Assembly: GCF_964355755.1 (NCBI RefSeq)
Contig: NC_092676.1
Span: 24,632,871-24,696,870 of the forward strand
DNA: 64,000 nt
Direction: 5' to 3'
Source of the DNA: Antedon mediterranea
Taxonomy: Eukaryota; Animalia; Echinodermata
Every line of letters begins with the position of its first letter. The stretch's first letter is position 1. The notes under the pieces were generated by a model. It was not told the origin of the DNA, made no database searches, and worked only from the letters and a program-made list of their open reading frames with translations. Below are positions 24,555 through 36,999 of the stretch, piece after piece. Position numbers and translations under genes: made by a program.

Positions 24555-26830
24555 ATGGCAACGGCTTCTGATGATGATAAAGCAATACTTGAAGAATTGT
24601 ATACCATTTTTAATTCAACAGGAGTTATTCTAATGCCATGTCGAGCCTACGACGAAGTGTTCCCCAACATTTTTGTAGGCGAAAGGTGTGTATATACCGT
24701 ATAATAATATACTGTACTGTACTAATCAATAGATAGTTTACTGTATCAAACGAATTGCGCGGTATGTGTACTTGTTTACTGTCCGTGCGAGGTAATTCCT
24801 TCCCATGTTGTGTGCTGTGGGGAATTCCTTCCTTCCCATATGGGGGAATTCCTCCTCTTTCGGGGGAAATTCCCTGGAAGGTTGTTGATTGTACAGAAAG
24901 GCTAACTAAAGTCAGGTTGTGTTATACAATAATTAGTAGCTATTTATACGTACATGTATAGGTCTACCACACACGGGATATCCGGTGGATGTTGGGTAGG
25001 CCTACAGTATATTCATTATAATATTATTAATATTTGGATAGACATAATCTATGATTGATTGATTGTGTTTGCTCTAGTACTCTCTCTTTGTTCGTTTTCT
25101 TTTGTTCCCAAAACATATTCAAATTAATTGTGTTATGCTTTCATTTCAGGGGAACAGCTTTAAGTGTTGCATTTTTAAGGAAGATTGGTATAACCCATAT
25201 TCTAAATATGGCAGAGGGAAAAGGATTTGGAAAAGTTGACACATCTGCAGAGTACTATAAGGTCACTATAACAAAAAACATTCCAACCCTATAAAAACAA
25301 AGCTATTGTGTTACACAATTCAAACACAATGGTTTTCATTGACTGTGGAATAAAAATACAGTATAGGCCCTACTTTATTTATATATAGTAGTATACAGGG
25401 AACATTTTCGCCAGTGTGTAGCATAGCAAAAAGCTATACAAAACAACCTTATTGCTACACATTTTGAAACTTGTGTAGCAAAAAATACAAAACTATGTTT
25501 CTCGACTTAAAAATCAGTTTGATTAGCAATATTGCTAACAAAATGTTTAAATGAAATTTTTCCCTGAGTATATCTTTATAAATCAACAGGCACAGAACAA
25601 ACCGTCCGGTGATATACTGACATTTTAATTATTTGAAACGATAAAACAGTCACCTCTTGGACACTATGTCGGCCGTAGTGTTAAATTTATATTGCAACTC
25701 CTCATCTACTACCGGTTTCACTAGAAAGTTTAGAGTGTCCAAAAGGAGAGATACAGTAAAACAGTTTGTAAGATTATACTAAACATACTACTTGAATGGT
25801 AATAAGAATAAGCTGCAAATAATATTAGGAAACATTTGATAAACTTTAATTTTCCTGTCACGTGTTTTATCCACACTTTACTAACTCAACATTTGTAGCA
25901 ATAAGGGTAGTTTTAACAATTATTCATATCATACCACCAGAAAAAACGATACAATAGTATAGGGTAAATAATACAATAGTTTAGTAAACTGACCGATTAT
26001 TAGGTATAGTATACTATATGATTAAACAATTCAGATACAGTACTGTACACAGTATTCGTATTTGACACTAATTCTGTTTTTGCCAATATAGAGAGAAGAC
26101 GATGATAATAGTGCCTTAGTATACCGCGGAATAAAAGCTACAGATGTACAAACGTTTAACATTCTACCCATGTTGGAAGAATCTGCTAACTTTATCAACA
26201 CTGCAATAGAATCGGGAGGTAATGTCTGGGTTTTTCTTAATTGTGACACCGATTCTCTGTACTGTGGTATTAATATTTGTGCAGTATCATAGGCACATTC
26301 TGTAATACCGTGTTACATATGTATCACATGTGACAACTGTATTATTTAACGGTTATGACCCATTCATACAAACGTCACAATTGACACATATGTCACTGTA
26401 TTTCTAGATAAATAATAGATACAGAACCGAGAATCTGTAAAGCCGATTTTCCACTAGTCGAATTTTATCGCGCAAATCGAAAGCGTCAGCTTATACGCAT
26501 GCGTAGAGAGGGAATTGGAAGATGGAAACATGAATACGCATGTTGTGTATAAGCTGATGCTTTCGATTAACGCGCGAACAAATTCGCCTACGGATACATT
26601 AATAGAATAGCATTGAACATTTTCTGTTTGTTTCAGGCAAAATTCTTGTTCATTGTGTCGAAGGCTTCAGTAGATCTCCCACAGCTGTTGCTGCATACCT
26701 AATGCTACACAAAGATTACACGGTCCAGAATGCCTTGCGAACTATCCGATCCAGGAGAGAAGTCTGTCCAAACGATGGCTTTCTAAAACAACTAATCAAA
26801 CTACAACAACAGATTAATGATACAAAATAA
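24555..26830 (+). CDS. Atypical dual-specificity phosphatase, DUSP3/VHR (DUSP13/26/29 group)-like, 187 aa (exons 24555-24685, 25150-25261, 26092-26218, 26637-26830)
   Basis: Spliced ORF of 564 nt with YDEVFPNIFVG, GITHILNMAEG, YRGIKATD, KILVHCVEGFSRSPTAVAAYLM and VCPNDGFLKQL. Intron phases are consistent. The ORF track largely missed it. Confidence 0.9.
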
Positions 26831-27486
26831 CATAAACAGTTTTTATACACATTTTAAAACAAATACAGTTTTTCCAGACGTTTGGGATGGAGGCAAAAGT
26901 TTTTTTTAAAAAGAAAAACATTGTATTATATTTACATTATTTTTCCATTCACGACAATACATAAATATTGTTTGCGAAATCAAATGTTGATATAAAGTTT
27001 ACATCACGTATATATAGTTCCGAACCTCGCTATTGTTTTTAGCTTTCAGACCAGTTCCACCCTATTTCACTTATATTCCCTGTTTTCTGAACTTTCTTCA
27101 TTCTCACTCCTGAGTACGATGGAAGTATATTATTGATCGAAACGTCGAGAAACAGTTCTTTTCAGAACAATATAATTTATACCGCAAACTTTACGTCAAT
27201 AATACAACACTTTTTTTTACAAATTGTCCGACTGATGAATTCATAATTACACATTTTATTTTGATTATTTAACACAATATGAAATGCTTTTATTTTTTTT
27301 TTAATTATAGTGCAATAATAAGGGTAAATATTAAGGATAATTTGTCTAGTTTTGTATATGAATATTGTTTTTTATTAGTAGGCTACTGTATTATTTTTTG
27401 CTTTAAAACAATAATTAGTATTGTATTCTAACTGTTATTGATTGACATAATGTTGCTTATTAAGCATGAATTGGTGTGAGTGCTAA

Positions 27487-27659
27487 AGCTTGGTTCCCAC
27501 TAGAACGTAACGCAAGGACGTAAACGCAACGCAAGCGTTTTAACCAATGACCAGGATAGACAGTTAGCAATCACAAGCGAATAAGCCATCGCTTGTGATT
27601 GGTCAATTCACTTGCGTTGCGTTACGTCCTTGCGTTGCGTCGCTAGTGGGAACCACGCT
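27487..27659. mobile_element. Palindromic MITE of the AGCTTGGTTCCCACTAG family; other copies at about 29133-29277, about 34783-34900 (partial) and 46730-46937
   Basis: TIR AGCTTGGTTCCCACTAG...CTAGTGGGAACCA(A/C)GCT with internal AACGC repeats and TAA/TTA flanks (Harbinger-like). Confidence 0.8.
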
Positions 27660-28309
27660 TTAGTGATGGGTATATATCTTTTTCTTATTCATTTCATTGT
27701 CGTTAGTCGGTTGTACATTTATCCCTTTCAGTTTAAGTATCTATACGTTCTATAAACTCTACAGTGAATTGTCTAGTTACACTATACTTGCCACGTCATA
27801 TTTATATAACAATTGTTTTCGGAAAGTTTAGTTTTTAAATAATTGTTATGCGTAATTGTTATGGCCGAGAATGGTTTTCTCATAAAAAAAAACGTATATG
27901 TTTATAGGTTACGATACTTTTATAAAGATTTTAAATAATAAATATGCTTGAAATGGAATACAAATGTGTTTATCCTGTTAAATTACGACAGATGAAGAAC
28001 TGAGTCTGGTAAATAAATGAAAAACAAGTTAATAGATAAACATTTCGTATATACAGTATAAAACGGTAAATATTTAATCTTTACTAAAGCTCTGTCTACA
28101 CTCAACTTTATGTGACAAAGAAATGTGATGCAGCCATATACTGTGTGGACACGATGACGTCGTATCGCTACCATATTTGGGGATATTACTACCATATTTG
28201 GTAGTTTGATAGTTTAGACAGAGCTTTATGAATAATAAAGTATTTTGATAAAATGTTCGGTAATGTGACCGACCAACCCCAAAATAGACGAAACTTGCAG
28301 TCTAATAAC

Positions 28310-28601
28310 TTTTTATCCTTACCCCGTCTTGTTTTTATCCTTACCCCGTCTTGTTTTTATCCTTACCCCGTCTTGTTTTTATCCTTACCCCGTCTTGTTT
28401 TTATCCTTACCCCGTCTTGTTTTTATCCTTACCCCGTCTTGTTTTTATCCTTACCCCGTCTTGTTTTTATCCTTACCCCGTCTTGTTTTTATCCTTACCC
28501 CGTCTTGTTTTTATCCTTATCCCGTCTTGTTTTTATCCTTACCCCGTCTTGTTTTTATCCTTACCCCGTCTTGTTTTTATCCTTACCCCGTCTTGTTTTA
28601 T
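28310..28601. repeat. Minisatellite, 22-bp unit TTTTTATCCTTACCCCGTCTTG, about 13 copies
   Basis: Near-perfect tandem array with one C>T variant. It produces spurious ORFs in all three forward frames. Confidence 0.97.
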
Positions 28602-28853
28602 TAGATTGTTCTTGTAAAAGGTACAGTGTGCTGGTATAAAAATAATACACGTGTTACAAACAATTTAATGGAAGATCTAATATTTGCATTTTTATTATCA
28701 GTAAAAAAACATTACATGCTGAATATTCTAGTATCATAGGTCCACTGTAAATTACTACAATTAAAGAATACTCAGATAAAACAACTACTGATTGTAATCA
28801 GCCTAATGGTTAATTGACAGCATATGTAATTAACGAATAGTGGATTGTGCATT

Positions 28854-31800
28854 CTACTTTAGGAATCGTAAAATGATGACGGCAATGAACAGCATTGTGA
28901 TAGTTATTGGTGTTCTGATTATGGCGGTATTACACAAGTTTCCCTCACAACATGTGACACAGCTCAGTTCATTGCCAGGTGTACACTCGCTTATAGCATC
29001 CGTAAACGTGCACGTTAACTGATTACCACATGAACGGCTTACAACTGAAAAAAAAAACCACAAAAATTAAATGTCTTATTTTACGTAATTTTTAAATTTT
29101 AAGATACGATAAAACACGGTTTGTGTCTTTATGCTTGGTTCCCACTAGGAAGCAACGCAAGGACGTAAACGCAACGCAATACCAATGACAAGCGACAGCG
29201 CAAATAATCCATCGCTTGTGATTGGTCAAATCACTTGCATTACGTCTTTGTGTTACGTCTCTAGTGAGAACCAAGCCATGTGTTATCAATGTTATGCTGG
29301 GCATTTAGACCGGCTTCAGATTGAGCTAGGTGCCACCCGGAAAAGACATTAATGACACAATAACAATGTTTTCTTGGTGCTGGATGATAGTTTACAGATT
29401 GTATGTGTCTATTTTTGCGGCCATTTTGAATTATCACCCCAACCCACCACACGATATGATTTTCCTGAACTTTTCTGTTCATACAAATAATAAGGACACA
29501 AGAAAACATTGTTTCATTAATGCCCTTTCCTGTTGACACCTAGCTCAATCTGAGCCGGTCTAATTGCAACCATACATCTATGCTCATTTTAAAATACGAT
29601 AAAACCAGGGAAGTGTCCATGATAAAACATACGTGGGCCCTGCGTTATCAAACTATGTTATGCTAAGCAGTGCCATATCTGCTCTGTACTTTGCAATTTC
29701 TAGTTTTAGGTTCTGTTTAAAATAATCGAAAAATGAATAATTTACCACCAGCCGAATCGATAGATTTTAGACATCTTGCACCAGCAGCTTCGTGTAAAAA
29801 GTTACACGTTTCAGAATTGGTATCGTCATTTACTTTGTCGCAGTTTGAACAATCGTAACATACGAGTGCATCTGGAAATACAACAACGCATTACATTAAA
29901 TACAAATACACTTCAGATAATGGAGGTTGACACATACAACGCAAGTGCGTAACGATGACTACGCGACGCTCGCGCGATGGATCCGAACTGTTGCATTGTG
30001 TGCCTACGTTGTGTTGCGTTGCGACCAAGAAGTGTGGGAGCATGCAAGTTCGTAAACGGTGCATGACGAGTATAAATTGGAAATTAAACGTTGAATAATC
30101 AAATAATACATCAATGAACTAGAAAGCCACTCCGAGAGTACATACCTCCGCCTACTGTAAAATTCTCCTACATAAGATTTCTCCGGTAAAAAATATATAT
30201 ATATATATATATTGTGTTCGTAAGGTCGTGTTCGTACGGTGGTTAAAATAAGCGCTTAATTTCACCCATGCCTCGGGTTATAAATTGAGCGTTGTTCGTA
30301 CTTGAAATATTTAACCGCTTAAATGCTTAATCGACGAATCACAAACCGGAAATTACGGTATAAGGTCAGTTGTCTTTACAACCTACGACCCCATTTTCGC
30401 ACGCTAGTTTCGCGTGTTGTATATTTTTTACTCGCGATCTTTTTTTACAATAACAATTACTTGCTACCTTTTACACTGCTTATCCTTGCGACAAACCTTA
30501 TGCCTCTTAACGCCGATAATCCTGCCGAAATATGCCTTCTCCTGACGACCATTATTTTACTCATTGACGAAAAATTTGAGCCCAATGTTACTAACGACGG
30601 AAACACCACCGACCAGCTAGGCCTACTAAGCGGTCTACACCAACAAGGACAGCACCAGCTGACGATCGCTCTCGAAGCGTGTATGGAAGAGCTTCGTAGG
30701 AGAAATGACGGGCCTAGGCAGCGAACGTTGTCAAAATTTGACACATTGCCTCTATCGGAGATTTATTATCCTCGAAGGCCGAGTATAATTGGATTATCGC
30801 TGAAATAACCTGCAAATTTGGTGAACATTTTGCCTCGAATTTTTTGTAGCCTGAGGCAAAAGTTAATTGGATCACGCGAACGGAAAGCGGGAATAAGCTG
30901 GTATTTTCAACCCCTACGAACAGGTAGCGTTTATTTTCAACCTAGCCCCAAGGCATGCATCAGACACCGTTCGTACGTACAGATTATTTACCGATTATAA
31001 CCAGTTATGCCCATGCTTGAACGATTCATGGCCATGAAAAAAACACCACGGTGTAAAGCATGCCCTGCGACTTTCCCGCGAAAGAACGCCGGTGACAAAC
31101 GCCTTTGCTTATACACTGTGGTGTTTTTCGATGGATTTTAAGTAGTGACAAAAAAATGTCTAATTTTTTTCAATTACACAGTAATGTAGGCCAATCTTTT
31201 AAGAACATTTCACAGTAATTTGTTTTCTCATACGATCCTCCGTTCAAGAGTTACGATTTTTTAATTAACATGGTGTCCTAAAATCCTGTGAAAACGCTAT
31301 GTTATTTCTGTTGGTTACGCTTCGTTGCACGGCATAATTTGTTTGTCATCGATCGAAGATGTCTTGCGTTTTGTGAAAAAGGCGTTCGCTGTTATTAAAG
31401 ATGTATTGTCCCTTTGACTAATTCCAAAAAAAATCAAAAATAAAAGATTTCGAAAAAAGGTGGGTCATTTTGAAGTATCATAATAGTTATTAACTGTCAC
31501 CAAAAATTTTAGGGAAAAAAAAAAATTTAACTGAAATACAGACGTTTTTTTGTTAAAAAAATAACTTTGACTTCCAGTCAAAGTTTTCAATCAAAACATA
31601 TCCCATAATGAAACGCGCTTGTTTGGCTACTCTGTATGCATAATCATAAAACTTCCACATGATCTGTGTGAAAATACCTTCTTAACCGTGACGAGTTGTA
31701 AACAATCCTAATTTAGCATATGCATAATGCGTACTCATGGTTTGAAATCTTTGTTTACTTTTCGCTCATGACGATTTTCCAGATGAAATGTAATCAAACT

Positions 31801-34180
31801 AATTTACCTGTTAATTACGTAAACTTGTTGTTTTTGGCTCAAATTTTCGACTTAAAGTGAATAACTTTAATTATTACTTTGATATGGCCACTTTAAATTT
31901 AGAATATTTTGAGACTTCAGTGGCGTATCCAGTAGGGGGGCCGGGGGGGGGGGGGCCCGGGCCCCCCCTGATTTCGTTTCCGTCGGCACATCATCGCGGC
32001 CGTCGGCAAACAAAGGTGCCGGGGAAAAAAATAAACTATTTATTCTGACAATAATTGAACTGTAAACATAATTCTTTTGAGTGTTTGTTTATTTACATAT
32101 CATATCATCATTGATCCTTTCAGATCAACTATTTTTTATTTTCATTACATCTAACGAAACACGTTAAAAATGTGTAGCACGTACGTACGGCCGTACGCGG
32201 TAGATTGTTTACTCAAAAGTCTTTGACCTTACCCTAAAACCTTGTTTTTGCATGCAGTTGAGCCTCTCATGACCTGAGATTTGTATGTCTTTCCTACGCT
32301 AAGAGATTATATAGTTCCACATGCCATGTGCTTTTTTGTCTAAGATATATTTATTATAAGTGCCAAAAACCCGTTTTTTTTCTCGATATGAGGCCTTTAT
32401 TATTCAAAATTTTTAAAGAAAAAGCACATATACCATAAAAAATATCCATGTATTTCATTTTTGGAACAGAATATTCTGTGAGGCTCAACGAAAAAACCAC
32501 CATTTTGTGATATGATGTCATCGTAAGCCAATCAAAGCTGAGCTTTCTCGCGATTGGCATTGCTCACGGTTGAATGATTTAGGATTCTAGCTGATTTGAT
32601 TGGTGGATGCGAATCACCCGCAGCGGAATGCTTTCTCTCGCGCGTGTACCATGAATCTCTCTGATCGTTACTACACAAAGTTGAGCAATGAATTTGTCCG
32701 AATTCCGTTAAGTAAACAACTTTATATATTTTATAAGCATTTAATAACATGTTTTATTGATATTTCCAATGGTGGTATATAAAATAAATTACTAAAGAAC
32801 GTAATTTTATGTAATTATTTTAACCAAACATGGCGTAGTTAATAGAATTGTCGACTGAGGCCGCAATTTTTTTTACTTCTTTCGTGGCTAAAAACGATCA
32901 TTTTCGGCGATGTTTTAGACCCTATATTTCGAAAACTACAAGTCAGATTTTCCTAATTCTTTCTTTATTGTAATATGAATACAACATACTAACAGATAAT
33001 GTTGGTTTGGTTTTAATTTTGCATCGTTATCCCATATAAGACAAAGACAATATGACTATGTAATCCTAGAACATATATTGATCAGACAGAGACGTTGTGT
33101 ATGTACAGATAATGACACCAATTTTGTCCGCAAATTGGCAATTCCCGGCCCCCCCCCCCCCAACTTCAAAATCCTGGATACGCCACTCCTTCATTTTGTT
33201 GTGTTTCAAGGGACAATACATCTTTAAATATTTTTACCAACTACAACTTGTTTTCTTACGACCACCTTTAATGTCCTTTGAAGCTGAAAATCCTGCCAAG
33301 ATATGCCTACTCCTTACGACCATTTATATGTATACTTGACGATGATTTTGAGCCTACCCTGAACAACGATTTAGACCAAAATATTGACGATCGACGTTCT
33401 AGCCCTGCACCAACAAGGACAACACCTACTAGTCCTTGTAAGTCTTTCTTTATTTGATTCATCCAGTTATTTCTTGGTCTTCCTACGGGTCGTTTTACTT
33501 TCCTGTTAGTTTCCTTCATTGTTTGTTTGATTGGGGTATCATCCGGTAATCTGTGTCCATACCATTTTAGTCTCCTTCGTTTAATTCTTACTCAATTCTT
33601 CTTGTTTTGTTATCTCGTATATTTTCGTGTTACACACTCTATCTGTTAATTTAATATCTATCATCTTTCGCAACATTTTCCTGTGATATATATCTATACT
33701 CTCTTGTAATTTTTTGTTTAGTACCCAGAGTTCACTGTTATATAAGAAAATACTTGTTTATGTATGCGTCAAACAAACGGGATTTCACGTCTATAGACAT
33801 CGTTTTGTGTTCTAGCGACGACTTCAGCTTGTTATATGCCATAGCTGCTAGTGATTTTCTTCTTTTAATGTCTTTTTCTGTGTCCAAGTTACTACCGAGG
33901 TATTTGCATTCTTCCCATTTACTATCGGTGTTTCTTCCTATTAGGTATTCTTCTGTTTTACTTTCGTTTCAACGAAGCGTAACCAACAGAAATAACATAG
34001 CGTTTTCACAGGATTTCAGGACACCATGTTAATTAAAAAATAGTAATATAGCTTTTTGTTAGTTGTGACCTTGACATATGAACTTTTCCTCTCAAATTCG
34101 AACTCGTCCGAGCTTTTGGGGCATAGATCATTGTGGCCAAATTTGGTGAGCACCGGGTAAAAACTGTGGCCTCCAGGCAG

Positions 34181-34232
<52 letters not shown>

Positions 34233-36368
34233 GGTGTAAACATAACCTAAAAACATAAACTAAACTGAATTCCTCTTTTGGGACACCCCAGGGACAGTTT
34301 CATTGATCTTTATATACAGTAAGCTACATATTGTCATGTATGTCATAGGTCAGCAGGTCATATTATAGATTAGGTCAGTATCATTCGACGATTATATTCG
34401 TGGCATTTTTTTTTCATTTCGTCTGAATGTTCCATTTTCACTACCCACGCAAATTCCCCAGCAGAGATCGTTTATATGAATACAGTAATATATTATTTAA
34501 AGAATCTTTACCTCGTCTCTCGCTACGGCCTTGATAGGACTATAATATTTAGAAATTTAGAACTGGTTTGAAGTGTTCCGATTAAGTACATATTTATTGA
34601 TACTGTATGTAATAAATGTGCCCATGTGATCAATGAGTAATTTCCTCTTTCCTCCTCCTGACTTGTAGTAGGCATTCGTTTGTAGAGAATATGGAACGGA
34701 AACACGTTAGTTTAGAACGCCTTTCCCCGACCTATGGGTCGCGACTCGACGTTTGGGTCGCAAAAAAAAATGTAAGCTGTAAAGCTTGGTTCCCACTAGA
34801 ACGCAACGCAACGTAACGCACCGACTTATCGACGCAAAGTGTTGTTGTATTGCGTAATCACAAGTGGGAACCGACGATGCACTAGTGCTGCAAACGATAC
34901 AATAATGGTAATTATTGGAATTTGGTAGCCATGGGACAGAGGAGACGACAAACGTTCGACAATTAATCATTTAAAATATACTAATAATCTAATGTAGTAG
35001 AGCGAGACATAACTAGGCCTAAGTAGGCCTATTGCAGGGCCGTAGCCAGGATCTGTCAAGGGGGAGGGGGGTTCGGACACTAAGTATTTGGGTCACCCCC
35101 CCCCCCCCCCCCCCTGGGGTGGGGCCTGAGGTGAAGCGAATTTTGTTAAATGACACCCCTAGATGGCCGGAAAAGACACTCTCATGCAGCATGCTACCAA
35201 TGAGCAAAACGGTCGTACTTGGACTCGTGGACTATTTAAACGATAACATTTTTGTTGCCGTATGTTAGATGCGCGTGCTCTGTGCGGAACCGCCGATTGT
35301 TTGATCATTTACTCGGTATTTTGTTTTGCGTTCAAGTTCAATGCGAACGTACGTCTAGGAGAAGCCCCGAAAAAAGCACACTGGGTGAAGGCAAATGCAA
35401 TTCTTATTATAGCTCTATCTATAATATTTGTTTACAGCAATTTGTCGAGGAAATTAAATATGCCAATGTAAATAGGTGATATTGATACATTTGAGTACGT
35501 ATCGGCTGGTGGTCTAGAAAAGAATAATCGGATGCCATAATGTGAACTACAGTACATGATACCATAGATATTATAGTGTAAAATATTAATATTCACTATA
35601 ATCCTCTATGATACATTATACTTCATAGCCACACATATTAATAATGTATGTCGGAAGGCTATATACTTTATGCATGCTGCCTGACTGCCAGTGATCTAAA
35701 CAATTGGTACGCAGTTGTCTGGCGGTGTCTTTTGTACGAATCGTTCGTGCCCCAGCTCGCTGTGAGACGCGTCAATATCATGTTACTATGCAGGGACCAA
35801 ACATTTATTTTTCAGGTTAAAATCGGCAATTCATTTGCAACTCTTAGAAATTTACAGACACGTATTGCTCAAAGTACGCTCATACAGGGAAGAAGGTACT
35901 GTATGAGTTATTCCGAACGAGTTTACGAATTTTTCAATTTACGAACAACTTTTTGTACTGTGGGGCACGTATTTGGACGATTTTCGGAGATGAGGGTGAG
36001 GTATTGGGCATGTCGGGGATGGGGGTTCGCAGTCGGTTAAGGGGGGTTCGCTGTAAAGGGTGGGGGGGGGGGGGGGGGTGTTCCATAAACACCCCCCTCC
36101 CCTCGGGCTACGGGCCTGTATTGCAGCAGAGCTGATGCAGTGTCTCCTCCTACATACGGGCCTACAATACAAACATGTACATCTTCGCTTCGCTCACTAT
36201 TCTCGTAGGAATTTCCCACAACCGTGTTAGTAATTTAAGGTTGGGCATCACTCATGCGAACGGACGGTTTGTAGTCTTATTAGAATAATCATAAATATTA
36301 TTATATGATAACTTACCCGTTAAACTAAACAGACATAAAGCGACAATTATGCAAAAAATCTTATCCAT
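28854..36368 (-). CDS. Ly6/uPAR (three-finger, LU-domain) protein, 122 aa, secreted or GPI-anchored (exons 36317-36368, 29746-29871, 28854-29044)
   Basis: Signal-peptide exon MDKIFCIIVALCLFSLT with a phase-1 intron, LVCYDC start, terminal CCEGNLCN motif and a hydrophobic C-tail (ITITMLFIAVIILRFLK). Classic 3-exon Ly6 layout; the 369-nt frame closes. Linking exon 1 across a 6.4-kb intron is an inference. Confidence 0.85.
31399..33223. mobile_element. Kolobok-like non-autonomous DNA transposon (TTAA TSD); related ends at about 2696-4004, about 22260-22460, about 59100-59250 and about 62059-62316
   Basis: ttaa|AGATGTATTGTCCC...GGGACAATACATCT|ttaa: a 14-bp perfect TIR starting with AG and a TTAA duplication. 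Confidence 0.8.
31918..33188. mobile_element. hAT-like non-autonomous element nested in the Kolobok-like element
   Basis: Termini CAGTGGCGTATCCAG...CTGGATACGCCACT with subterminal poly-G/poly-C tracts. TSD not clearly resolvable. Confidence 0.65.
33432..33960 (-). mobile_element. Decayed RTE-like LINE fragment (C-terminal part of the RT ORF, frameshifted)
   Basis: Minus-strand peptides ECKYLGSNLDTEKDIKRRK, KSRLFDAY, FLYNSELW, RRRLKWYGH and KRPVGRPRNNWMNQIKKDL are typical RTE-clade C-terminal motifs. Confidence 0.75.
34183..34230. repeat. (CA)n microsatellite, about 24 units
   Basis: Direct reading. Confidence 0.98.
35035..36118. mobile_element. hAT-like non-autonomous element, about 1.08 kb, with an apparent 5-bp TSD (TATTG)
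   Basis: tattg|CAGGGCCGTAGCC...GGCTACGGGCCTG|tattg, with subterminal C/G homopolymer tracts at both ends. Confidence 0.75.
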
Positions 36369-36693
36369 GTTTTACGGTTATTTAGGCCTATAATTTCACA
36401 ACTTGTTTCACAAAACGAATCTCGGATTACCACCAATACCGACCTCGGGACAATGCCGTGATGTTTTCTGGTTAAATGCAACCCTTTCATTGGTGGTTAG
36501 ATTACCAAATTATAATTCGTATATTTAAGGTCAAATACACTGCGGAAATGATCGATTGACGGTATTTCATGCAGAGCGTCATTTCGACGATCGAACATTC
36601 TCTACTTCTACGGAGCGCCATTTATGCCTTTATTTACTTCCGAATTAGAAATAGTACTACGGTAACTGCTCCAGTGAACCAAATTTAGCACCG

Positions 36694-36999
36694 GTGGAGC
36701 ACAGTGATATAAAATAGAAATAATTAAGTCACTAATTTTAATATCTTTTCGTATGTAAATACACTGTGCTCAAGTGGACACAATTTGGCGCCAGTGAGGA
36801 GCACAGTGATATAAAATAGAAATAAGTCACTGAATTTTAATATCTTTTAAGATATTAAAATTCAGTGACTTTTTCTATTTTATATCACTGTGCTCCACTG
36901 GCTCCAAATTGGGTCCACTTGAGCACAGTGTATTAACATACGAAAAGATATTAAAATTCAGTGACTTATTTCTATTTTATATCACTGTGCTCCTCACTG
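36694..36999. repeat. About 300-bp palindrome built from about 100-bp subunits carrying GAGCACAGTG/CACTGTGCTC motifs
   Basis: Centre of symmetry at about 36848 (AATATCTTTTAAGATATT); the arms are near-perfect reverse complements. Confidence 0.9.

Noticed and set aside
28253-28639. Three overlapping hydrophobic repeat ORFs
   Set aside because: A 22-bp stop-free minisatellite; the same peptide appears in all three frames.
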